DNA from: Octopus sinensis
Lineage: Eukaryota
Length of the DNA stretch: 64,000 nt
Assembly: GCF_006345805.1 (NCBI RefSeq)
Contig: NC_043000.1
Location: 159,712,001-159,776,000 of the forward strand
Direction: 5' to 3'
Positions within the stretch are counted from its first letter, which is position 1. Each line of letters begins with the position of its first letter. Both the position numbers and the translations under genes were made by a program. Under the pieces are notes generated by a model, which was not told where the DNA came from, searched no databases, and saw only the letters and a list, made by a program, of their open reading frames with translations. This document shows, piece by piece, positions 52,336 to 64,000 of the stretch.

Positions 52336-53224
52336 TTTTCTATAGCTGGGCAACGTGACAGACAAAAAATCCTGCCAGTTATTCAATGATCAAAAGAAAT
52401 TTATTGCCACTGATAAAAACTGACCTCTTTGACCTGTCATGAATTTCAACCATCCCAGAGAAAAACACATCTCTATCTCATTCTTTCTTTGTCTATCTTT
52501 TGTTCAATCTTTCTTTGTTTTTCTACCTTTCTTTCGTTATTTCTTTTCTCTCAGACGAAGTCACCACAAATCTTTCATGTATGATTTGTTTAAAAAATTA
52601 CTACAACATATATGACTCAAAATGACAAACAATATCTCAAATGAACACATCTCAAACTCCCTTTTTTTTTAAAACCTAAGAAGACAAATTTCCCCTAACT
52701 CAGATATATAGAAAATGTATGAATTCTCTGTAGAAAACCAATCCCTGAAGAGAATGAAGGCGCTAAATAAATAGTATCTATCCAGATCCTGAGTACTTTT
52801 TTCTTAATATATAACCTCAATACACAATTTCAAAATGTTTGTGCCTACATAACCTAGTATATATAAATCACAGTATGTGTGTGTATATTGAGCAAGGCAT
52901 ATATTTCGCACAATTCACAATTAATTTTCACCCAAATTTAGACACACAATACTTATGTCCCAAAATGGTAATGCCCTATCACATTTTGCTCAGAGCTCCC
53001 ACGTAAATGGACAAACCGGGTAAAGCGGTGGTTTACACGGGTTTTCTCTAATTCGTTGTATGTACATAGTTTTTTTTTAAATGTAGGGTCTTCCATACTT
53101 TTAAAATCTATATTGCCATATATTGTGGTTTTCATATTTTTTTAGTGGTTTTCACATAAAAAAAAAATCTATTATCTATTTATATGATGTAATTATGCAT
53201 TATTACCTTCTATAATCTTTTATA

Positions 53225-53525
53225 TGTGTATTGGTGTTTATTATCTGAGTGTTTTGGATAGAGATTATTGTAAAAGTGAAAAGATTTTGTCTATTTATTT
53301 ATTTCGACTGTTTTCCATATTTTAAAAATCTATATGGTCGTACATTTGCATTACAGAATATTTTTTTGCTGTTTTCCCATTTTTTATTTATTACTTATTT
53401 ATATGTTGAAATTGTGTATTATTACTTACTATATTATTTATATATATGTATTGGTGTGTATTGTTTGAGTGTTTTGGTTTGAGAATAAATTATAAAAGTA
53501 GTTTGTCTATTTATTTCGACTGTCT
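53225..53525. repeat. Imperfect direct repeat with ~215-bp spacing
   Basis: gagtgttttgg...tttgtctatttatttcgactgt at about 53248-53310 and 53466-53523. Confidence 0.6.
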
Positions 53526-54029
53526 ACCTGCGGCAGTGATTAAATTGACTAGGAATATCCAATATCAAACAATCTTATTCTCCATATTTAAACAGCATTA
53601 AACTTTGGCAAGCTTACCTTTAACTATTCTGAGTTACTTGAAATGTGATGTTCCATTTCTTCTCTTCTTTTTGTTGATAATTTTGTTTACCTACCAATAT
53701 GTTGTTTTATTGTTTTACTTTAAGGATGCTTATTTACCCATCAATTATGATATTTTGATTGCAGTTCATTGTTTCAAATACGTTTTAGCATTGTCATTCT
53801 AGCCTTTTTTAAACAATCACATATGATTCATTCTAAAGAATCAACCTTTAAATAAGAGCTTTCAGAAAGCTCCACTCCAATTTAACCTTATGCGGCATTT
53901 GATGTTAGTTTATGCGTAGGCTACGTGGGAAGACAGAATAAGGGGGGCTTTTGTTATCTTATAATAAAATTGATAACCACTAGGTACACTAAAACCTATT
54001 TTCCTATCCAGATAATAAAAAGAGAGCTC

Positions 54030-54900
54030 GCATTGGCAGAAAGTCTTCTGCAGCGGCAAGGCAGCAGCGCTGGCAGTCTAAGGAAACTGAGGACCAAAGG
54101 TGCTGTAGACTGTTGAAAAGATCTCCCGCTGCTAGAGCTGCAACTACTCCAAAGCAGCATGTAACCTATCAAGTGCGTGCTGCTGCCGCAAGGGCCGCAG
54201 AAACCCCACAAAAGATGCTATCTGCCGGGCACGCTACGCTGCATCCACTTCTGCTGCGAAGGTCGAAGAAACCCCAGAAGAGAGTATTATTCCTCGGGCA
54301 CGCAACGCTGCATCCACTTCTGCCGCGACGTTAGACCTGTCTAATATTCACCGGTAGGCTCTTGCCTATGGCTATTGAAAGCCATCGAGTAGTCGATGGA
54401 CATCGAAGTGGCTCAACTATGATCCTGCCTGCCGAGGATTAAACCACCCAACGAGATACTGTTACGGGGGATATGTCTGTAATATGTCAGTTTTGCAGGA
54501 CCGTCAAGTGGGTTGGAGAATCCGGTGGCCTATGCTGTTCAAACGGAAAGGTTCGCTTACTTGATCTGCAAAAAATTCCCTAGCCTTTGTTCTTTTTACT
54601 CCTTGGTTAATACTCTGTCTATCTATCTATCTATCTATTTATCTATCTATCTATACAGAAAATTCTCGCTTATAACTTTGCCTTCCAGATGGCAAGTTTC
54701 GGTCACAATCTCATTCATGAAGACTCCTATATGTCAACGTTCAAAATTCAAGGCCAAACTTATCATCGGATAGGTTCTATTCTTCCTGTCAACAACGCTG
54801 AACACCCATTCCTTCAAATTTACTTCATGAGAGATACCACTGAGCAAACGGCTCGCCGAGCTCAGGTGGCGCCTAGAATAAAAAATGCCTCTTTTGAATG
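54030..54900 (+). mobile_element. Autonomous-type Helitron Rep N-terminal remnant
   Basis: AAARAAETPQK-type repeats; GDMSVICQFCRTVKWVGESGGLCCSNGKVRL; YNFAFQMASFG..STFKIQGQTYHRIGSILP..FLQIYF; split by (TCTA)n. Confidence 0.85.
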
Positions 54901-55763
54901 AACTTCGGGAAGTGTAGACTGTACAAATTCTGACTTTGGTCTGAATGGCTAAAAACTCGAATACAATGAAATCATTCTCCAATTTTCATTGTGCGTTACC
55001 GGTGGACATGATCTTTTTCAGTCTTTCATGATAGCTCATTAATGACTGTCGTTATACGCAGAGGGACATCTCTAAGTAAACTCTCTGTTCAGAATAAGAC
55101 TTATGCTGGTTATGTTGAGTACGTATATACGTGCATCCTGCTCACTTTTACCATCATTACAACTTCACAATTATCTGTCAGCTTTTCACTGCGAACTGGT
55201 AAACATTCAAAGCAGTATTCTTGAAGTGAGCTCAAACTCTTCATGTCTTCATTACCTGAAGTAAATTTCAGAGTGGTCGTACATTAGCAAATACATTCCT
55301 TTCACTCTACTTTTTCCAGTAGGTATTATATTGCCGTTTTTGAACGTACCAATCATACTTCTCACCGAAAAAATAGCTCCATTTGCTGTTGAATAAAATA
55401 AAGTTGCAGAGGGGAAGTTTCAAAATCTTCCTTCAATTTCCTTACACCTTTTATGTGGTTGTTTCTAACAAGAAATTTCGCTTTCATGTGAAACAACTAT
55501 ATTTTGTAGTCATTATCCATAATCTACTCCCAAAACACTTCAGCAGCTCTGCTTTGCATCACTTGCAAACTTATATGTTCTATGATCATTAAAATGCAAC
55601 GACTTCCACAATAATCAGCCTTCAATTTGGTTTTCTGTTCCTAGGTTAATCAGAAGCAAAGATTGTTGTGCAACTCAAAAACCTTCTCGGTAGTTCAATT
55701 ATTTGGTGAAAAAATACCACCAGAATAACTTAAGCCATCAAGACGATAGGTGCGTTTGCTTGT

Positions 55764-55865
<102 letters not shown>

Positions 55866-57074
55866 TCAAAATATGCAAAAGGATCTCAAGAGGTGATACA
55901 GCATGACCGTTTCAAGCTGCTCCATTTAAGTGAACAATGCAATCATTAGACCAATTTAAATGCAGGGCTATCCTCAGCTGCATAAATAGAATTTTTAATC
56001 AGCTGGACACGTTAATATATTTTTACTGTAATTTTCTAATTGAGCAAGAAGAGGGAAAATCCATGTTGCTACTAATGTAGCTCAAAATATACTACACTTC
56101 TAAGAACTGTATGAAGTTTCTTAGGGTCGTAGCTTGTAACAGATTGTGGTTCATTTTTAGATTATCAGTCTTTTTTTATCAACTACCAAATCTAAGGCTA
56201 GAGGACAGTGTCTGTTTAGAATGGATAGACGGAGTGAGTTGACAGTTTATAGTTGGGTATGGTCTTAAATGTTGTCAGGATTTTAGGAAATGCATAAATG
56301 TCTATAAAGGAGGCTGGATAGGGGAAGACCCTCAATCAAGATGTTAATTACCACTTAAAGGGGCAAGACGCTAATAAAACATATGATGTTAATACAGAGG
56401 ATATTATCATGGGATACAATGGATGATTGTATATAAACAATATTGTTATGTTGTACGAAGATAAAATTTAAGATTACTAAAAATCATATTATAGTCAGAA
56501 TAGACAAACTGTGTATATATACCAGTTTTCAACATTAGAAAGGGAAGATTATATAGAATTAGTTTAATATTCATTCCTGTACTTAATTATTTACTTATAA
56601 GGTGGTTTCTATAGATCACTCTGGGTTTTTACTTATGGAATACTGGGGCGATAAATCATATTATCTTTATATTAGTTATAAGCAAAGAATCAGAAAAAAA
56701 ATCGGAACAATAAGTTGCACAGATACATACACATATTTATCAATGTGCACACATAAATATACACAAATATTTGTACTTATTTTGGGTATGTTATAATCAA
56801 CTCTTCCAGACTTAAGTAATTAGAAAGTTCATATTTCTCTTGAGGAACATTAATAACTTATAAGAGATAAGAGGTTGACAGGTAAAGGCATCAACATACG
56901 AAAACACAATAAGGAATTATAGAAAATATATATAACTTATTGTATACAATACTAGGGAGTAAGTTCGCATCATATACAACGTTAATATTAATTTCCCTTA
57001 TCCAGGTTCCATTGCAGCACCTATAAACGTTAATTTCGAAAATATTTACATGTTCGGGTGACCCTATGTACACA

Positions 57075-57310
57075 TGATACCTTAGGTCTAATCTATTATT
57101 AACCAGGTTGCTCTTGGCCCTATATTTAAAAATTTCATAAGTTTTGATAAAGCACAGCTCGCACCCGTATCGACTATCTCTATAAAGCTGCGCTTTCCTT
57201 ATAATATCCAATTTAAGGCTAAATTCGATACCGCTTTCCTTCAGTTCCCAAATCTTGCTAGATAAGGACGTGCAATTAGCCTTATGCTTGAGCCTAAAAT
57301 ATGAAAATTT
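57075..57310 (-). mobile_element. Penelope-like GIY-YIG endonuclease C-terminal fragment
   Basis: SYFRLKHKANCTSLSSKIWELKESGIEFSLKLDIIRKAQLYRDSRYGCELCFIKTYEIFKYRAKSNLVNNRLDL, same motif series as 16860-17110. Confidence 0.8.
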
Positions 57311-57531
57311 TATTTATTTATGTAGCTGAGGATAGATCTGCATTTAAATTGATGTAATGATAGCATTGTTCATTTAAATGGAGTCGCTTGAAACGGTCGT
57401 GCTGCATCACCTCTTTATATCCTGTTGCTTATTTTAATTTTATTCATCTTACTTTGAGTTGTTCGGACAATATCGCACTGACTTGGTGCTTCAACTTAAG
57501 TACCTAATTCAAATGAATCTCAATTGTTTCT

Positions 57532-57601
<70 letters not shown>

Positions 57602-57607
<6 letters not shown>

Positions 57608-58053
57608 ACAATAAGGGTTTTGCAACAAGTTGCTTGACCACATACCGAAAATTTTAGAAATAGCAGCCAAAGAACTACTATTTCCTTTTTCTACAAAAAT
57701 ATGTCTCCACAGACAACAATATTTGTAACTCCCATATGGCAAAAAAGACGAAAAATAATGAAATCAAACAGTCTTCAGTTAATTATGGATGTACGTTTCT
57801 GGATTAGAATCATAAGATTAATTTCCTTCATCAACATAATATTCCGATAAATCTAGAAATGCTAGGAAAACTTACCCCTTGTATTTCCGACTAAGCGTCA
57901 TCGGAACATATAAAAGCTAATCAGCATATCCACATTTATACAAACAAGTGAATTCGTATTTCCCTCCAAACGTTTTTACAATGTGAGTCACAAAATAGTA
58001 CTGCCGAAAAAAGATTCGTAGTTTTGTCGTAGGGGAGTGAAATAAACATTGAC

Positions 58054-58092
<39 letters not shown>

Positions 58093-58615
58093 ACACACAC
58101 ACACCACACACACACATACATATATATATATTATATATATATATATTATATATATATATATTTATAACAATAAGGGTTTTGCAACAAGTTGCTTGACCAC
58201 ATACCGAAAATTTTAGAAATAGCAGCCAAAGAACTACTATTTTCTTTTACTACAAAAATATGTCTCCACAGACAACAATATTTGTAACTCCCATATGGCA
58301 AAAAAGACGAAAAATAATGAAATCAAACAGTCTTCAGTTAATTATGGACGTACGTTTCTGGATTAGAATCATAAGATTCATTTCCTTCATCAACATAATA
58401 TTCCGATAAATCTAGAAATGCTAGGAAAACTTACCCCTTGTATTTCCGACTAAGCGTCATCGGAACATATAAAAGCTAATCAGCATATCCACATTTATAC
58501 AGACAAGTGAATTCGTATTTCCCTCCAAACGTTTTTACAATGTGAGTCACAAAATAGTACTGCCGAAAAAAGATTCGTAGTTTTGTCGTAGGGGAGTGAA
58601 ATAAACATTGACTAT

Positions 58616-58680
<65 letters not shown>
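57602..58680. repeat. Tandem duplication with 559-bp period, bounded by microsatellites
   Basis: 57602-58057 versus 58161-58616, only a handful of differences. Confidence 0.92.
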
Positions 58681-58689
<9 letters not shown>

Positions 58690-58742
58690 GTATATATATG
58701 TATGTATGATTATGTATGTATGCATGTATGTATGTATGTATG

Positions 58743-58853
<111 letters not shown>

Positions 58854-58941
58854 GTGTGTGTGTGTGATAAATTGGTCCGTATGTCTAGGATCAACAAAAA
58901 AGAGTACTCCATCTAACGAGAGTAAATATTGATTTTCATGA

Positions 58942-59462
58942 ACATGAACACTTCACCTGTATGGCCTACGCTACTGAAAGTTTCACGACACGGAATCCAT
59001 GTATGTTCTTCAGGCGACAGCCATACCATCGGACATAAGCAGTTTAGATACTGGCCCGAATTTAAAAACGGGTTGAAAGAAGCCCAATATTAGAACAGAT
59101 TATATGCAAGATACCAATAGTCAGACTACGCAGACAGCAAATATCGAGATGCGATGATCGAATGGTGTAAAATCGAACGGAAAAATTTTGATGAGAGAAA
59201 AAGAATTTTATAAGATGTAAGGAATGATAGAACAGATTTTAAAAAGGGGCATGTGCAAATATAATTTACAATACTATAAATATTAAAAATGTAAATAAAA
59301 AGAGAATATGATAATAATATTAAATATATGTTGAAATATAAAATATTTGAAATGTAATAGAATAAAAAGTAACAAGTATACGAACATGAGATGGTAGAAG
59401 TACATGTGTTCCATGTGCGTGAAACTTTTGGTAGCGTGGGCCATACATGTAATGTGGTCATA
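58942..59462. mobile_element. Inverted-repeat element containing a hammerhead motif
   Basis: Diverged arms about 58942-59003 / 59401-59462. Confidence 0.6.
58963..59022 (-). ncRNA. Candidate type-I hammerhead ribozyme
   Basis: ggcu(gu)CGC-CUGAAGA-ACAUAC(auggauucc)GUGUcGU-GAAA-C(UUUCA)G-UA/GCG(ua)ggcc; canonical core, bulged stem II. Confidence 0.6.
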
Positions 59463-59468
59463 AAAAAC

Positions 59469-59502
<34 letters not shown>

Positions 59503-59664
59503 CGTGTATGTGTGCGTGTATATATATATATATATACGTCCTCGCAGGGGGTTGGGAGCTTGCTCAAGGAGGGTTTACTGAGGGCAAGACTGCTAACACC
59601 TGAAATTAATACTTAGGCGCACCACTGTACCCGGAGGGTACAGGTTAGGTGCAAAAAAACCCAA

Positions 59665-59915
59665 TATTCTCCCAAAGAGTCTGAGGAACTTGCACAAAGT
59701 AGATGTAGCAGCTTTTAAATCAAAGCTGGACATCTTCCTGTCGAGAGTCCCAGATGAACCTACCTCACGGCAAGAGGTGCAAATGAGAGTAGCTATGTCA
59801 AAGTCCATTCTTCACCAAGTGCCACATATTAGACGAGGTTCGTCGTAATAACAGTGTAGCACAAAACGGCGGTGCATCAGCATGGCCGCAGCTCTAAGCT
59901 GAACCAAGCAAAAAA
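59665..59915 (+). mobile_element. CR1/L2-like LINE 3' end
   Basis: ILPKSLRNLHKVDVAAFKSKLDIFLSRVPDEP; tail ggcggtgcatcagcatggccgcagc. Confidence 0.85.
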
Positions 59916-60185
59916 AATATATATATAATGATATATACTTATATATATATATATATATATGATGATACATATATGAATATGTCTATATCCTTTATCTCTC
60001 TCTCTCCTCCCTCTATCCCCTTGTCTCTCTCTTTCTTCTGTTGGCCTGCTCGCTTAGCCATGCGGGGTGGCATCATTTGAAGGCTAAAACAATGCTAAGC
60101 GCATTGTGACCAGCGATGTGTAGCAATATCTGATAACCTGGTCGGTCACGGTGATCACGGTGATATATATATAAAGGGTAAAGGG

Positions 60186-60491
60186 GAAAAGGTAAAGACC
60201 CCTTCGGTCATCAATTCTCCTCTGAGGCACCAGTCTGAATAAAGTTAATTACGTAAGACCAGCTCATGCTTATCGGTCCTCCTTTTCTACTTCACTGATT
60301 TCGTCCAAGAGAAAGGCAATGGCTGATACAGCTTGGTACCAGTGACGTCGCAACTCATTTCTACAGCTGAGTGAACTGGAGCAACGTGAAATAAGGTGTC
60401 TTTTATCAAAAATACAACTCACAGCTCGATCCGGGATTGGAACCCTCTATTTATTGATTGTAAGCCGGATACTTTAACCACTGACCCATGA
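60186..60491 (-). mobile_element. Family-D-like SINE, diverged
   Basis: Minus strand tgggtcagtggttaaag...gggttccaatccc; cacgttgctccagttcactcagctg shared with about 7550-7573. Confidence 0.65.
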
Positions 60492-61334
60492 CATATATTT
60501 CCTCGGTGTGTTTGTAGTTTCCAGGCCATTCCATTGAACTATGATTAAGCCATATAGAGTACAGTAGTCAACTCGTGGAATCTTTATGACAATACTGTTT
60601 ATATATATAATCTTGGAGTCAATGTTATGGAGAAAACGCGCATGCGTATTTATGTGTGTGCGTGTGTGTGTTCTTTACAATTTTATCCTTTTTAGCGTTT
60701 TGTAGTTAGCTTCTTCCTGCTGTGAATTCACGACGGAAATGTAATCTCCTCTTGGAACAAAATATTGCACATCTTTGTCAAAACTGCACAACCAAATGTT
60801 TACTTGAGGGAGGCGAATTTCCAGAAACCGTATTACTTTACCCTAAATAATTGCCTCTGTCCCTTTATCTTTTGTGCCTAAATCCCAACGGGATATCTTT
60901 CATCATTTCAGCCTCAATAAATTTACTAACATCAATTTGTTTGACTGTATAATTCCCTTTGATAATTGTGTCTAGTACCTAGTTCTAAGGTATCAATATA
61001 ATATAATGTGTATGCCTTATACAATAAAGAAAGCGGGTAATCCTCTTGTAAGCGGAAATACAACACAGTTTTAGTTTCTAATTGAAAGCATAAAACTTTA
61101 CTTGTATCTGTAATGATCGTCTGAAAGGCGTGAATGTCACAAATGTTTATGGTGTAAGCGTATCCTAAATATTAGAGAGAGAGAGATAGAGGGTGGAGAG
61201 AGAGAGAGTAGAGAAGAAAGAGGGAGTGGGAGAGAGTAGGGGAAAGGCAGAGGGAGAGAAAAAGAGAAAGCATGCGAGAGTGAAGAATAATAGGGACAGG
61301 AAGCGTGTACAACAAAAAGAGAGGGGGGATATAG

Positions 61335-61640
<306 letters not shown>

Positions 61641-61749
61641 GAAAGAGAAAGAGAGATTGGAACCTAAATATTAAATGAGTCGCGACATGCAAAACCTCGT
61701 AACCTATTTCTCGTAACCTATTTCTGGGTGAGACTAGCTACACTACTCC

Positions 61750-62440
61750 CCCCTCCCAATGTTTATCTTCCTGGAGGTCTGGTCCGAACCATATCCCAAC
61801 CAATTTTACCGATCCGTCCCTCCAGCGCCCAACGACGCTGTTGGACGGTATCGACTTGCCTCTTCTGCTTCCGATTTGCAAGCCTACTGACCTTTCCGCG
61901 TTAAGTTTTGCTCTCGTCAACTTTTCCTATTCCTACAATGATGTACCAGCCACCTCGATTTCTGAGGTGTCCAACACCATCACGGTGATGCCCGCATACG
62001 CCGACACAACCCTTCTGTCTCCCGGTTTGAGCAGGATGCCCAGCTGCAGCTCCAGCTTTCGCAGTAAAGGCTCAAGAGTCAATACGTACAGAATCGAGGA
62101 GAGAGGCACCCGTGACGGACTGATCGGGAGATTTGAAACGGTTCCGGGAGATGGCCATTAAGCTTGACCACCAAGCAAATGCCGCTGTGCATACGAGGTC
62201 AAAGCCAGACGCTTTGAGGACGGCCTGTAAATATCGATGGATGTCCTTATCGAATGTTTTCGATCGATCTAAATTGATCAGCTCCCCACCGAAGCCAGGT
62301 TTATACTCCACCCTTTCTATGATGTATCTCATAAGATGGAGGTCATCGTGTATGGACCTAGTCGGGATTGTGCAGGTTGAACCAAACAAAAACAGAGTGA
62401 TTTTCCACAAACGAATATAAAAAGGGAGCAATTTAGCCAC
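61750..62440 (-). mobile_element. Tx1/L1-type LINE RT fragment
   Basis: RSIHDDLHLMRYII..LINLDRSKTFD..HRYL..VL..GF and AKLNAERSVGLQIG..VKLVGIWFGP from the ORF track; intervening RT core decayed. Confidence 0.8.
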
Positions 62441-62629
62441 ACAGTTAAGAACATCACTTAACAGGTATGCTCTAAAACATAGCGACCCAAAAAATCTAGA
62501 GGTGATTCTCGATCTGTCAGCCTACGATGTGATAAATATATTTAGTCAAAGAACAAGAAAGCGGTGTTAGATCAAAAAGGCAACCATGAACTAACAAACC
62601 TACTTCCTATTCTCACCTTCAATGCTCTA

Positions 62630-63510
62630 ATGACAAGTCAAAACATGCCGGATCGGTCATCGCCAATGACAAGGACCGCGTTACCCAGTGGAGATCCAGA
62701 CTGGGGCCGAAAAATCTGCTGCTGGAACAAACTCTCAAAAGATGAAAAACATGAACTACCAGGTAACCAGAATTAGGATATCGCTAACCCTAGTGGCACC
62801 ACCAAAACACCACCTAAAGCAAAACGCATGAAATAGACTAGAAAGGATTATAGAGATGTGTTGAAAGAGTTCTATACTGCCCAACTAAATCCAAACAATA
62901 ACCTCATTGTACAAACATACACTTCATGGAGAAAGTTAGAAGGCAACGAAGTACGAAGATATATAGACGCAAATAAATTAAGTAATGTACGTAGAGGCAT
63001 CATTAAGAATAAAAGGTGAACTGACGCTGAAATTAACCATTTTAGGACACAAATATCTCTTGGTAGACCAAATAAAAGCAGTAACAATGCAGATGAAATA
63101 GGTAACAGATGCACAGACTCCAGTGTACGAGATGTACATCCCAACGCAGAGGCTGAAGAAAGAATAGCGAAGAACAAATAGGTGAAAATATATGAGAAAG
63201 TAGATTCACCTCAAGAATAGATATGACAGAAATTCAGGTGAATAATAGAAAGATCATAGAAGCAAAAGAAGATATTATGCGAGAACTCAGTAAGACTGAA
63301 TTTACTGACGTGATCAATAGAGAACCGCTACCATAGCTTTCAAATAGCATAAAAATAACAACAGATTCATGATATATATTGTTGCTCTTAGACAGGTCTT
63401 AAGAAATAAAGAAAATGACCTAACAACGTTAAATATCCTCATCTATTCCACTGCTACAGTTGTAACTGCTCAACTAGGGATCAGGATGACAGAGTAAAGG
63501 ACCGACCTTG
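62630..63510 (+). mobile_element. R4/Dong-like non-LTR retrotransposon N-terminal remnant
   Basis: RMK*TRKDYRDVLKEFYTA..W...YIDANKLSNVRRGIIKNKR*TDAEI; NREPLP*L; TLNILIYSTATVVTAQLG. Confidence 0.55.
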
Positions 63511-64000
63511 TCAATAGACGTCCTAAGTAGAAAATAGGAATGCAATAACAGATCAAATCACTGCGGGCGGATGTATCAGTTCTCGATGAACTATGACATT
63601 ATACAACTCTTGGTACAGGATTCGAACGTAAGGTTTTTATGGCATTGATGGTAACACTCTAACCATTTGGTATCATGTATCCCTATGTGCATATATGACT
63701 CTTTGATAAACGACATGAACTTTAGCTGTTAAAAGTTAGTATCATCCAAATTATTTCATCTATCCTGCAAATTATTAGGTATAGTTTACCTTCTTCTCAG
63801 CTGCCGAAGATAAAAAGAATATACCTTTTCATGAAGAATGTAAACAAATTATAACTGGCGTAGAGGTATTTTCATTATTTTGACAGCCAGTAATTCTTTA
63901 TAAACGTAACAACACTGTGCAGTTAAGAATAAAATGAGTGTACATAACGAATGTAATATGGTCATATCTACGCTCATACACACGCCCACACATACATACA

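Overview
AT-rich, repeat-saturated eukaryotic DNA. The SINE, LINE and microsatellite repertoire looks like an octopus (coleoid cephalopod) genome; this is inferred from repeat content, not from a database search. No intact protein-coding gene, rRNA, true tRNA or CRISPR array is supported, and nearly all long ORFs in the track are microsatellite read-throughs. The window holds tRNA-derived SINEs of several families, 3' ends of a CR1/L2-like LINE, and remnants of Tx1/L1, RTE, R4/Dong, Gypsy, hAT, Tc1, mariner and Helitron elements. It also holds two GGATC-ended MITEs with 8-bp target-site duplications and two decayed Penelope-like (GIY-YIG) coding fragments. The most notable signal is a set of minimal type-I hammerhead ribozyme motifs from about six unrelated sequence families. 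One is fully canonical (2976-3020, minus strand). Several sit in short non-coding units that form long foldback hairpins, often in (TA)n tracts, and two unrelated ones share a ~350-nt direct-repeat-plus-inversion layout. This is consistent with non-autonomous Penelope pseudo-LTR or retrozyme-like elements. All alignments and folds were done by eye; coordinates of decayed elements are approximate.
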